NCBI GenBank assembly: GCA_002269645.1
Contig: NIVC01000100.1
Coordinates: forward strand, 186,001 to 250,000
Source: Macrostomum lignano
Lineage: Eukaryota
DNA: 64,000 nucleotides
Reading direction: 5' to 3'
The translations under genes were made by a program, and so were the position numbers. Below the pieces are notes generated by a model. That model was given only the letters and a program-made list of their open reading frames with translations. It had not been told where the DNA came from and made no database searches. This document shows positions 11,196 through 23,755 of the stretch, piece by piece; position 1 is the stretch's first letter; the number at the start of each line of letters is the position of its first letter.

Positions 11196-11502
11196 GGGGT
11201 TGTAGCCTAGTGTATTGAGCGTCAGACTCACTACTGAAAGGTCGGGGGTTCGATTCCCGATCCCAATCGAAACAATTTGTGTCCTTGAGCAAGAAACTTA
11301 ACTCTGCATTGCTTCAGTTCACCCAGCTGTAAAATGGGTGCTAGCATTAGCTGGGGTAATTGAGGCTGTGTGTGGCGACCCCCCAGTCCTTGGACTGAAC
11401 AGCCGTACGCAGCCTTCAGATGCGCCGCGCAATAGCTGCGGCTGAGCTGTCGGTTGCACATCTGGCACAGTTGGGGCAGGTATAATCAATTATCGTTATT
11501 AT
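11196..11502 (+). mobile_element. tRNA-derived CORE-type SINE with 10-bp TSD
   Basis: A box TAGCCTAGTG (11203), B box GGTTCGATTCC (~11249). Segment GTGTCCTTGAGCAAGAAACTTAACTCT..TCAGTT..CAGCTGTAAAATGGG (11279-11338) resembles the MIR/CORE domain. TTA-rich tail. TAACTCTTGA flanks both ends (11185-11194, 11503-11512). Confidence 0.8.
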
Positions 11503-12010
11503 TAACTCTTGATCCTGTAGTTTAGTCCTGTAACATATCTCATTTTTGCCAATATAATTTTTAAGGCTACGAACGCTAATATTACAATTGTTCTGAGAGT
11601 GATAGCCTTCAAAGGAATTGCCGCGTGCACTCGTTAGCAGCTATAGTTTGTTTGTTTGATTGAATGACACACACAGTAAAAATTGATCTGCTTGCATATA
11701 TTTAGTAGCTTATTTTATTTATATTTTGCAGTACTATAAAAATTTATGCTCCATTATTTACTGGTAGCTACTATAACACAACCTAAAGACACTGCAAAAG
11801 ACCTGTAAAATCGGTTGACAAAAGTCACGTCGCTTCTGTAACGACTTGAAAATTCTGACTCCTTTTTAAAATCAAAACAACTTCGTTATAACAAAACGAA
11901 ACTACAAAAGGCACTGAATAAGAAGTTCGTCACTATATGAATGAAATAATAGAGCTTTGGTTGGTTAATTAATAAATCATTATCCCAATATCTCGACGTT
12001 ATCCCAATTT

Positions 12011-13875
12011 TCAAGAATCCATCTTCATCACCCACAGTTTCTCATCGTTGTTGTCCGCGCCAGTTCTCTGTTGCGCAGACGAACGACTCTTAGAACTAAA
12101 CCGGCACAGCATCACTCGACTTCCGATCTCAAAAGTCAACAATGCGTACAGCCGATTGCTGAGAATCAAATAGCGCAGATCGGACTTGGCCGCACTAACA
12201 GTCTCAGACAGCATGGCTATGAGAAAATTGAAGCTGAACAGCACAACGATGAGGTGAAGAGTGACAAACACGAGGCCCAGACGGTGCAGAGACGCCTCAG
12301 AGAATGTCATAGCACTGATGGCTCGGTAGAAACCCATCGCTAGACCCAGAGGTCCGAGGTCGCTTGGAAATACGGGATCGCACGGCACAATCAGAGCCAC
12401 TAGCCAGGAGCAGGTGAACAGAATTCCGGTTGCGCCAGCCGCAAATGACAACACTCTGCTCAAGCAGCACCAGATCAGCATCAGCGTATCGATCAGCATC
12501 AGCCAGTCGAACAGGGCAGCAATTCCGCAGAATCCATACAGCAGACAAGTTGAGAAGTCCAGCACACGAATCGCCGCCTTCCATTCAGTCAAAAATTCGG
12601 TCGGATCGACTGATTCAGCTAGTTTTTGCTTGAGAAACTGACTCAATGGTATTGATGTCAGTGTGACTATCACAGCCAAGTGAGTGCTCAAGACGACTAT
12701 TTTTCCTTGAAGGTGCCTCAGCAAGGCTGCAGTATAGGACTCGTCTGCAAAAAGGAGCTATGTTTATAGTTCGTTGTTTTAATGCCAATTATTATTTTGA
12801 ATTTTTTACCTGGCTCCTTCGTGGTATATACGTAAGTGTGAAAGCAGGCTACAACGCAGCTGCATTCCACCCAGTAAAAAAGTAAAGCAAACCAAGTTAA
12901 GATGCGTCCTAGTGGACTGTTCAAAAAGCCCCGGACCTCTGCTTGTGCGTAATATCCACCACATTCGGTGGTTAGATTTCCACTCTTTGGTTTGTAAACT
13001 TTTTCCGTATAGTCGATGTAGAAATCGGAGTACGCCAGAAGGACGACGAGCGCTTTGATCACGACACAAAAGCAGCCTTTGGCAAAGAAGAAACGCCTTC
13101 GCTTCTGAAGCAGACACTCTGACCAGTTGGAAATCAGCTGCGAGTCCCAGAAAGCTCGCATGGGATTTGTGAGGTGGTAAACCGAGTCTATTGACAGCGT
13201 ATTAAGCGGATGTTTCGCAGCTCTTTGTCCATGCGACAGAGAGTAATCGCTGATGTCGATTTGCAGCATCTGTGCACCACCAAACACTTTAGATTCCGTT
13301 TGATAAGTTGGTGAATTCAGTAGAATCCAGGACGCTATCTGGTACTTCTGAGCTGCAACCGCTTCCTCGAGAGCGTTTCGTCCTGTGGACGGGTTTTCGA
13401 CAGACAAACACCAGCAAGTCAGCGTTGGAAAGGTGCGGAGCATTGACTGAAGAAAGGCTACAGCGGCTGTCTCGTAGCTGTCAGCCGCACCAGCGAGTGT
13501 CAGTTTCGCCAACAGACAGTGAACTGGCAGCGGCCGCGGCTTGGCCATAGACAGTTGAACAGTGAGTTGGTCAGCCGAGACAGCTGACTCGTGATTGACA
13601 AGCTGCTGCAAGCACTTCATTGACATGGCACTGAATGCGGTCTCCAGTAGGGTGCAATGCTTAGCCAGGAATTGCAGTTCGGGAAGCAATTTCGGACTCG
13701 GTGGGGCAGTTGCAGACGGTAGCGACATCAGCAACAGCTGCTGTTGGTCATCGTTTTTAACCAGTACGGACTCCTCGCTCAGCTGTAGCAAGCACAGGAG
13801 GTCAACGTCGTCATCATCTTGAAGAATCTTGATCAACCTTTGTTGCATCAATTTTGTTTGCCGTTCAACGTCCAT
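12011..13875 (-). CDS. Divergent TRP-like (TRPV/TRPA-type) cation channel subunit, 2 exons, ~599 aa
   Basis: Exons 13875-12810 and 12744-12011 are joined by a 65-nt phase-1 GT-AG intron that fuses the 386-aa and 237-aa ORFs in frame. Ankyrin-like NALEEAVAAQKYQIASWILL, several hydrophobic helices, and S6-like FSFNFLIAMLSET (compare LLNxLIAMMxET). Confidence 0.65.
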
Positions 13876-14654
13876 CAATTAAAAGTCTAGGATTGTCTTT
13901 GCCTGACTATAGCTCAGGGACTTGTCAATGATTTCTCCAGACTGGTCTGTTCAGCAAATATATTCCCAATTTTTGGGCGCTCACAGCTCCCTCCGCAAAC
14001 AAACTTCAGACGCATCAGCTGCAGCCAGTATCCATGCAGTTTATACATAACCGACGAATTTCATCGACAAATAGACAGCTATGGATGTAGACTAAAATTT
14101 TTCCCCGAGAAAGTAAATAGCCACTGGACATTGTTGTCATACCTTGAGCAAATATCACAAACCTTCTAGCGAATTCCATGCTGATTCAATACAGCGAAAT
14201 TGAGGCCCGCGACAGCAAACTACCAATTAACTTAGCTACTGTTTGGTCAGTATAGCTGGCTTTTTCATGAATGCAAAAAGTCAGCCATGGATGCAAATAG
14301 GAATTTTCGCGATTATCGTTCTGCTAATTAAACGGGTTGGTCTCATCTCCTGTCTCTGGGGGAACAGATGCATGCAGAGATGGGTTTTTTTATAGTCGGT
14401 CGGAAAAATTCCATCTAAAAAGATAGGAACAGTTGAATTTTCTGTAGATATTCTTCTTTCTGGGTAATTTCTTTTCTCTGGGTAGAATTTCTTATTAAAA
14501 AAACTGCTCGACAAATATGTGAATTGGTTTGTAAAGTTTCAAGCTTCGTTTGTGAAGTATACGCTTGTAATTCAAGATTTTAAAGTAATCTTCGGGCTTG
14601 TGAAGTTTCGAGTTTTTGAAGTACGCTCGTATCTTGAGATTTTGAAGTACTTGT

Positions 14655-15350
14655 AATTTTCGGGCTTGTGAAGTTTCGAGCTTGTGAAGGTTCGAGTTTT
14701 TAAGTTTCGAGCTTGTGATGTTTCGAGCTTGTGTAGCTTCGAGTCTGTGAAGTTTCGAGCTTGTGAAGGTTCGAGTTTTTAAGTTTCGAGCTTGTGATGT
14801 TTCGAGCTTGTGTAGCTTCGAGTCTGTGAAGTTTCGAGCTTGTGTAGCTTCGAGCTTGTGTAGCTTCGAGCTTGTGTAGCTTCGAGCTTGTGTAGCTTCG
14901 AGCTTGTGTAGCTTCGAGCTTGTGTAGCTTCGAGCTTGTGTAGCTTCGAGTCTGTGAAGTTTCGAGCTTGTGTAGCTTCGAGCTTGTGTAGCTTCGAGCT
15001 TGTGTAGCTTCGAGCTTGTGTAGCTTCGAGCTTGTGTAGCTTCGAGTCTGTGAAGTTTCGAGCTTGTGTAGCTTCGAGTCTGTGAAGTTTCGAGCTTGTG
15101 TAGCTTTGAGTCTGTGATGTTTCGAGCTTGTGTAGCTTCGAGTCTGTGAAGTTTCGAGCTTGTGTAGCTTCGAGTCTGTGAAGTTTCGAGCTTGTGTAGC
15201 TTCGAGTCTGTGAAGTTTCGAGCTTGTGTAGCTTCGAGTCTGTGAAGTTTCGAGCTTGTGTAGCTTCGAGTCTGTGAAGTTTCGAGCTTGTGTAGCTTCG
15301 AGTCTGTGAAGTTTCGAGCTTGTGTAGCTTCGAGTCTGTGATGCTTCGAG
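14655..15350. repeat. 16-bp minisatellite with alternating variants (CGAGCTTGTGTAGCTT / CGAGTCTGTGAAGTTT), ~43 copies
   Basis: Tandem repetition; alternation gives a 32-bp higher-order period at 15050-15340. Confidence 0.95.
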
Positions 15351-15796
15351 CTTGTGAAATTTCGAGGCTCTGAAAGATTCTGACTTTCGACAATGTGATA
15401 ATTCGAGCTTATGCAACGCCCCGCATCCACTACTGGCTCAAACCCTTCGCTTAAACTCTGTAGCCTGACTGACAGCTGAATTCTATCAAATGGTTTAGGT
15501 TAGACAGCTTGGGTAGAACTTGAACAACTCGTGTGACAATGATGCTCAGGTCCATCTCGTTTTCTATCTCTACCTCTCCAAACATCGCACAAAGAGGGGG
15601 CAAACCCATCTAAGGAGCATGCAAGCAGCAGAAAATGAGAGCCGAGGACTCGGGTCACACGCCATATTATATAGTCTAAGAAACCGTGCATACACATTCC
15701 AAAATACCTATTAGGACTTAATTTTACAGCTGCCCGCCCCAATCTCCGAGGGATAATAAAATGAATAAGAAAGACACACTGGCAGAGCTGCAGGGT

Positions 15797-15860
15797 CACG
15801 TGTGTCGGAGTTGAAGCAGAGCTGCCGCAGAAAGATGACTCATAGATGCGATTATAAAAG
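15797..15860 (+). promoter_or_regulatory. Candidate core promoter: E-box CACGTG (15797), AP-1 TGACTCA (15836-15842), TATAAAAG (15853-15860)
   Basis: Consensus motifs clustered ~100-165 bp upstream of ATG 15961. Confidence 0.45.
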
Positions 15861-15960
15861 AAGAATACAGAAGCAGATTTTGGACCGGCAATAGCGCTTG
15901 TTTATTTTGTAATTTTTAATTCCGACAAGAGTTGACATTAGAGACGACCAGCTGACAAAT

Positions 15961-16227
15961 ATGAGTCCACAACAGTTTCGCATTGTCAAACGGTGCCTGC
16001 CTCTGTCATTGCTGATGATGCTGGTCCTGTGCACAGTCGGTACACTCGATGCGACATCGGACTTTGCAAACGACCAAGTTATTGAAGAACCGGACAGCGA
16101 GCTGCAGGGACTTTCGGACGCCGAAGACAATCTGCAGGGTGAGCAGCAGATTGACGAGGACAACTTCGATGATGAAGACCTCAAAGACTCGGTCGCGGTC
16201 AAGTATCGTAGAGATAAAATTGGATAG
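15961..16227 (+). CDS. Candidate secreted prepropeptide (signal peptide + acidic propiece + short basic peptide ending in Gly), 88 aa
   Basis: Hydrophobic LPLSLLMMLVLCTVGTLDA signal-like segment, strongly acidic spacer (EEPDSE..DEDNFDDEDLKD), tail SVAVKYRRDKIG-stop. Upstream TATA; AATAAA at ~16443. Confidence 0.6.
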   Translation: MSPQQFRIVKRCLPLSLLMMLVLCTVGTLDATSDFANDQVIEEPDSELQGLSDAEDNLQGEQQIDEDNFDDEDLKDSVAVKYRRDKIG

Positions 16228-16595
16228 AGGTTCGCTGATCTTCGAATCGACGGAGACTTGGCTTTGAAGACTGTTTTTGCAACCACGAGTGCAAATTCAA
16301 TGGACGTGATTTCAACGCTATGAATGTGATTGTGTTGCATATCGTCAAATCGGTTTTTATTGGTTATTTCTCAAACTAATAACTTTCCAATATGAAAATA
16401 ATATTATATCTATGAAAAACTTGTATACATCAACTATACATTAATAAAATATGTTTTGAATCAGTATATTTTTCAAGTTAAACGCTAACTGGTTTTGATA
16501 CTACTCCTTTAATATTAAGTAGTATGAAACGCTTTCTTTGAACTAACGATACAATTTTTAGCCATAAAAGAAGATGCGACGTATCCCTTGAAATA

Positions 16596-16900
16596 GTGAA
16601 TCCATGACAGTGAATGAGTGAATCCATGACAGTGAATGAGTGAATCCATGACAGTGAATGAGTGAATCCAAGGCTTGAAACATTCAAATGGACACGTCTG
16701 ATACACAAAAATGGACACGTCGGACACACCCAAATAGACACGTCTGACACACTCGAATATACACGTCTGACACACCCAAATAGACACGTTTGACACACCC
16801 AAATGGATGTGTATGACACACCAAATGGACACGTCTGACACACCAGATAGACATGTCTGAAACACCCAAACGGAGGTGTATGACACACAAAATGGACACA
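16596..16900. repeat. Two short adjacent minisatellites (22-bp GTGAATCCATGACAGTGAATGA x~3.5; degenerate ~23-bp AAATGGACACGTCTGACACACCC)
   Basis: Visible tandem repetition. Confidence 0.85.
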
Positions 16901-17038
16901 TTTAATTTTACCTATAGGAGCTGCACTCATGCAGTCTTCGCAGAATTCACAGTTCCGCTAATTCACCAACCCCAGTTGGGTATAAAAAATCAATCAATGA
17001 AAAATCGATCAAGCTCACAGTTAGTTGAGCTCAAGGCA

Positions 17039-17101
<63 letters not shown>
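17039..17101. repeat. (AG)n microsatellite
   Basis: About 30 AG dinucleotides. Confidence 0.97.
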
Positions 17102-17102
<1 letters not shown>

Positions 17103-17556
17103 TAAAAGCTACTGGTGAATTTTTCCAGGAATGAGAACCTGCAAACAGAGTACAGTACTCAAGAAATTGAATTTGACTCAGTTGCACAAAACCACCATAC
17201 CCCATAGCTGGTGTTTAATCCCAAGCTATTTGAATCGCAAAACGTGGAATTTCAGTTTACAATGCCAATGCAAAAATGAATATATACTCGGTAACATTTT
17301 CCTCAGAGGGAGATTCATAAGCCAAAAAAGGCATCCACAAGCATAGGTTAAAATTTCTCTTTAATCTTTTGGCAGAGAAAGTTATGAGCACTAAGAGAAG
17401 TAATGGTAAAAATTCATGCCACAAAATCTGCTTCTGTCAATCAATCGACTATGAAAGACTGGTAAGATGTGCGCCTGTCAATAACCTTGATTTTCTAATA
17501 GCATACGAGTACGTGGAAATTCATGATCGGATGGTAAATTCGTTTTACTCGTAATT

Positions 17557-18950
17557 AACCATAGACTATTGGCTGGTGCAGACCATAGACTATTGGCTAA
17601 TGCAGACCATAGACTATTGGCTACAGAAGACCATAGACTATTGGCTAATGCAGACCATAGACTATTGGCTACAGAAGACCATAGACTATTGGCTAATGCA
17701 GACCATAACTATTGGCTTATGTAGACCATAGACTATTGGCTAATGCAGACCATAACTATTGGCTTATGTAGACCATAGACTATTGGCTACAGAAGACCAT
17801 AGACTATTGGCTAATGCAGACCATAGACTATTGGCTTATGTAGACCATAGACTATTGGCTAATGCAGACCATAGACTATTGGCTTATGTAGACCATAGAC
17901 TATTGGCTAATGCAGACCAAAGACTATTGGCTAATGCAGACCATAGACTATTGGCTAATGCAGACCATAACTATTGGCTTATGTAGACCATAACTATTGG
18001 CTTATGTAGACCATAGACTATTGGCTAATGCAGACCATAACTATTGGCTTATGTAGACCATAGACTATTGGCTACAGAAGACCATAGACTATTGGCTAAT
18101 GCAGACCATAGACTATTGGCTTATGTAGACCATAGACTATTGGCTAATGCAGACCATAGACTATTGGCTAATGCAGACCATAGACTATTGGCTAATGCAG
18201 ACCATAGACTATTGGCTAATGCAGACCATAACTATTGGCTAATGCAGACCATAACTATTGGCTAATGCAGACCATAGACTATTGGCTAATGCAGACCATA
18301 ACTATTGGCTAATGCAGACCATAGACTATTGGCTAATGCAGACCATAGACTATTGGCTAATGCAGACCATAACTATTGGCTAATGCAGACCATAACTATT
18401 GGCTAATGCAGACCATAGACTATTGGCTAATGCAGACCATAACTATTGGCTAATGCAGACCATAGACTATTGGCTAATGCAGACCATAACTATTGGCTAA
18501 TGCAGACCATAGACTATTGGCTAATGCAGACCATAACTATTGGCTTATGTAGACCATAGACTATTGGCTAATGCAGACCATAGACTATATTGGCTAATGT
18601 AGACCATAGACTATTGGCTTATGTAGACCATAGACTATTGGCTAATGCAGACCATAGACTATTGGCTAATGCAGACCATAGACTATATTGGCTAATGTAG
18701 ACCATAGACTATTGGCTTATGTAGACCATAGACTATTGGCTAATGCAGACCATAGACTATTGGCTAATGCAGACCATAGACTATTGGCTAATGCAGACCA
18801 TAGACTATATTGGCTAATGTAGACCATAGACTATTGGCTTATGTAGACCATAGACTATTGGCTAATGCAGACCATAGACTATTGGCTAATGCAGACCATA
18901 GACTATATTGGCTAATGTAGACCATAGACTATTGGCTTATGTAGACCATG
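17557..18950. repeat. 24-bp minisatellite (GACCATAGACTATTGGCTAATGCA) with 23/26-bp variants, ~1.4 kb
   Basis: Tandem repetition; variants (ACAGAA, TATGTA, ACTATATTGG) are regionally clustered. Confidence 0.97.
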
Positions 18951-19409
18951 GGTTTGACTATAATGTTCGACTAAAAGTCCGACTAAAACCGACAAAATTT
19001 CAAGTACATGTAATTTTATTTCTCTAAGTCTTGAACGATACAATTGCATTAATGTATAGTCAACTTGTTTTTTCTAGCACAAGTGTCCTAAAATTATAAT
19101 CGAAACTTAACTAGATTTGATTGCCTAAACCATAGCTACATTTAGATGTAGCGATACAGAAATGTTCAGTCTGCATTCCAATTTTTTGTTTGCTATATAG
19201 TGCCTGATGGCGACACACTGACCACTGATTATTAGTCAGGTGACTTGGGCCGCGTTTGAAATTGTCTTTATCTAAAGAAGTTATCTAAGACTGATCATTT
19301 TAGCCAACAATCGTTGATTACGAATTGCGTATTAAATAGATTCGATCGAGTTGGGTATCAGTACGCGAAAGTGCACAAATTCATTCATTCACATTATAGG
19401 TAGACAGGC

Positions 19410-19955
19410 ACGAAGAAAGGCATAAAGACAGGCACTAAAACAGGAATGAATACAGGCACCAAACAGGCATAAAGACAGGCACTAAAACAGGAATGAATAC
19501 AGGCACCAAACAGGCATAAAGACAGGCACTAAAACAGGAATGAATACAGGCACCAAACAGGCATAAAGACAGGCACTAAAACAGGAATGAATACAGGCAC
19601 CAAACAGGCATAAAGACAGGCACTAAAACAGGAATGAATACAGGCACCAAACAGGCATAAAGACAGGCACTAAAACAGGAATGAATACAGGCACCAAACA
19701 GGCATAAAGACAGGCACTAAAACAGGAATGAATACAGGCACCAAACAGGCATAAAGACAGGCACTAAAACAGGAATGAATACAGGCACCAAACAGGCATA
19801 AAGACAGGCACTAAAACAGGAATGAATACAGGCACCAAACAGGCATAAAGACAGGCACTAAAACAGGAATGAATACAGGCACCAAACAGGCATAAAGACA
19901 GGCACTAAAACAGGAATGAATACAGGCACCAAACAGGCATGAAGACAGGCACTAA
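19410..19955. repeat. 47-bp minisatellite (AGGCATAAAGACAGGCACTAAAACAGGAATGAATACAGGCACCAAAC), ~11 near-identical copies
   Basis: Near-perfect tandem array with internal ACAGG subrepeats. Confidence 0.97.
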
Positions 19956-20654
19956 AACCGGCATGAAGGCGGCAAGACAAGAAGAACAAGCAAAACGAAC
20001 AAACTGATTGGAGAGTAGTATGTAGAAGACTTGGGAATGGAATTAGAAATTGAGATGATGAGCAGCAACTGCGACGGATATAATATTTCGCACAATAATA
20101 GGAGGTCATAAAAAGCATTTAGTGCCATCAGGTTACTGGCGGGTGTGGAATAGAGTGTCTACTCAATAACAGTGCTCAGCCGCTGCCATTCATCAGATAT
20201 CAAAGCTGCATAGGCCTTAGCCTGAGTACGTCTCACTCTTCCCCCGTTGGTAACCATGGCAAATGCGCGCGGGCCTTCTTGGATGGGGAGAATGGAATGG
20301 GGTAGATTCTCCCAGTAGAGAGAAGTCCTCAACCGTTTACTCAAACTGATCACGCGCTTAGAGCATGCTCAAGGTATAGCTAGCTATATTCGCCCGACTA
20401 GAATATCAATCGTCACATCTTATGTAGTCTTTTACGCTCCTTTGGTAATTCTCTCTAATCAGAGAAAGGTCTGCAAAGTTGTTTATACAATCTGACAGCC
20501 ATAAGGTGTCAGAACTTAACCTTCGGATGGGGGATCAGCAGGGGCGTCGCCATGGATTTTATGGTGGGGGGGGACAAAGCCAAGAATTCACCATGTACAT
20601 ATACATGACTAAATTCCTACATGTCCATTATTTTGAGAATCGGTGTTAAAGCGC

Positions 20655-20920
20655 TCATATTGGCGCCGCAGGCATCATTTTAGCGCCGCAGGCACTAAAT
20701 CCCTCATCTCATTTTAGCGCCGCAGGCACTCATTTTAGCGCCGCAGGCACTCATTTTAGCGCCGCAGGCACTCATTTTAGCGCCGCAGGCACTCATTTTA
20801 GCGCCGCAGGCACTCATTTTAGCGCCGCAGGCACTCATTTTAGCGCCGCAGGCACTCATTTTAGCGCCGCAGGCACTCATTTTAGCGCCACAGGCACTTA
20901 TTTTAGCGCCGCAGGCGCTA
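20655..20920. repeat. 21-bp minisatellite (TTTTAGCGCCGCAGGCACTCA), ~11 copies
   Basis: GCCGC recurs at 20761 and 20782. Confidence 0.95.
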
Positions 20921-21902
20921 TATTATGGCGCCCGGAAGAAAAATGATTGATTGCCACAACGGGACACATGGTGGGGTGGAGGGACAAAGCATTAGCATCC
21001 AGGAGGACACATAGTTGCCGGAAAAAGCAACAAGCAGAATCCTCCAAGAGAAGAAGAGAAGGGTTATTTTTTAGGGGATTGAAGAATGGCTCTTGTAGGA
21101 CCTCCCTCTTGCCTGTAGGTTGCAGTAGACAGTACAGAGACTCAAAAATAGCAACGAGACTTTCCTCATCAAACAGTAGCTATAGGCCATAACAAAAGCA
21201 GTCACATTACTTTGACAAAGCGACGGCATCATAGTATAGAGATGGATTGAGAATGGAAACTATATTATATAGTATATACCCTATGCAGAGCGTGAGGCAG
21301 AAGTGTATATATAATGAATCATTAATTAATTTTGTTTCTGAATTTTCTAACATGATTTCTTATACTCTTGGCTTTAAATACACTGAAGTATTCTATCTCT
21401 CAGACCCTTCAGGTCTGCAACTGTTACCCTCCTTGTGTGTCATACAGGATGTAGATACTAAATTAAAGATAAACTCGCGGATGTGGCCTGAGGACTGCAG
21501 TATACAAACACAGCAGTTTAGTAAAGCAGTACCTTATATTCGAATTTGTTAAAGAAAAGAGCAACGAGTTTCAGATAAAGGTGCAGTTTAAAGACGCAGA
21601 TGATGTGGTTTACGCTTGTACTAAGCTGATTCGTGTGGCTAAGCTAAGACTCTGAAATTAGGGTGGGGGTGGGGCAGCAAAATGTACGGTCTCCTGGCAT
21701 GGCAGTTTCCATCTATGCTACCTTTCTGAGTTCATTCTGACCCCGCCCAAAAACTCTATGCTGCGCAGCTTAGGAGTGTCGAAGCCTTAGCAATAGGAAA
21801 ACGACTCAGAATATACGCTTGGAGTTCGTTCGAACGCATATACATAGCTAGTCTTATTATCTGTTACTAAAATGAGCGGACAGGCAAATGGAAAAAATAC
21901 AT

Positions 21903-21918
21903 GACAGACAGACAGACC

Positions 21919-21990
<72 letters not shown>

Positions 21991-22025
21991 CTAAGACAGA
22001 CAGACAGACAGACAGACAGACACTA

Positions 22026-22078
<53 letters not shown>

Positions 22079-22081
22079 CTA

Positions 22082-22130
<49 letters not shown>

Positions 22131-22133
22131 CTA

Positions 22134-22182
<49 letters not shown>

Positions 22183-22290
22183 CTAAGACAGACAGACAGA
22201 CAGACAGACAGACACACAGACAGACAGACAGACAGACAGCAGACAGACAGACAGACAGACAGACAGAAGACAGACAGGCAGGCAGGCAGG
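21903..22290. repeat. (GACA)n microsatellite with periodic CTAA interruptions
   Basis: About 390 bp tetranucleotide tract. Confidence 0.97.
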
Positions 22291-22784
22291 TATAGAAAAG
22301 CAGATATCATTAAAGGTAATGATGGCTAATTTAATATTGCAGCTCTGCTCTGCAGAAATCTGTTTTCGTGCTCAGGTGCTCAGAGCTTACTGTAGGCTCT
22401 TACTTGCAAAATTTGAGAATGCTTTTTATAATTGAGGCTTCACTATTGGCCTCACTCTTTAATGAGTCCTCCACTTGAGCATTCCTTTTTCGATTAGTTA
22501 AGCTTGTTGGTGCCCTTGGTTTGTTCTCTTCGTCATTACCTGTGCAATGCTATCCTATGTACAGGTGGGATTTGCATGTCATCCTTTCGCTATTGCTTTC
22601 AAAATGTATAGCGCAAGAAGCAGATATCCGATAACTGTTTTTGTCATATTGATGTGAAATATTGCCACAAAAGCATAGCAAAATTAATTGTTAAAAGAGC
22701 GATACATGATGCATTTGAGAATAGCGTTAGAGGGTGACAGATAAGATAATTTGGGAGGTCAGGGAATTTAGTTGCCGGATGTCA

Positions 22785-23755
22785 GGGGAAGCTAAATGGG
22801 GTGTAAGGGGAAGCTAAATGGGGTGTCAGAGGAACTAAATGGGGTGTCAATGGAAGCTAAATGGGGTGTCGGTGGAAGCTAAATGGGGTTTCAGGGGAAG
22901 CTAAATGGAGTGTCAGAGGAACTAAATGGGGTGTCAGGGAAAGCTAAATGGGGTTTCAGGGGAAGCTAAATAGGGTGATAGGGGAAGCTAAATAGGGTGA
23001 TAGGGGAAGCTAAATAGGGTGACAGGGGAAGCTAAATAGGGTGATAGGGGAAGCTAAATAGGGTGATAGGGGAAGCTAAATAGGGTGACAGGGGAAGCTA
23101 AATAGGGTGACAGGGGAAGCTAAATAGGGTGACAGGGGAAGCTAAATAGGGTGACAGGGGAAGCTAAATAGGGTGACAGGGGAAGCTAAATAGGGTGACA
23201 GGGGAAGCTAAATAGGGTGACAGGGGAAGCTAAATAGGGTGACAGGGGAAGCTAAATAGGGTGACAGGGGAAGCTAAATAGGGTGACAGGGGAAGCTAAA
23301 TAGGGTGACAGGGGAAGCTAAATAGGGTGACAGGGGAAGCTAAATAGGGTGACAGGGGAAGCTAAATAGGGTGACAGGGGAAGCTAAATTGGGGTTTCAG
23401 GGGAAACTAAATGAGTAGTCGGGAAGCTAAATGGGGTGTCAGGGAAGCTAAATGGGGTGTCAGGGGAATCTAAACGGGGCGTCAGTGGAAGCTAAATTGG
23501 GATGTCAGGGAAAGCTAAATTGGGGGCGTCAGGGGAAGCTAAATGGGGTGTCGGGAAGCCAAATGGGGTTTCAGGGGAAGCTAAATGGGGTGTCGGGAAG
23601 CTAAATGGGGTTTCAGGGGAAGCTAAATGGGGTGTCAGGGGAAGCTAAATTGGGTGTCAGGGGAAGCTAAATGGGGTGTCAGGGGAAGCTAAATTGGGTG
23701 TCTGGAAGCTAAATGGGGTGTCAGGGGAAGCTAAATGGGGTGTCAGGGAAGCCAA
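22785..23755. repeat. 22-bp G-rich minisatellite (GGGGAAGCTAAATAGGGTGACA), ~44 copies
   Basis: Homogeneous core at ~22960-23390 with degenerate flanks. Confidence 0.97.

Noticed and set aside
14495-15430. 200-311 aa ORFs of SSKLHRLEATQARSYT repeats
   Set aside because: Three overlapping frames of a 16-bp satellite.
21247-21552. 101-aa ORF with an acceptor-like site
   Set aside because: No ATG start, no recognisable domain, no partner exons.
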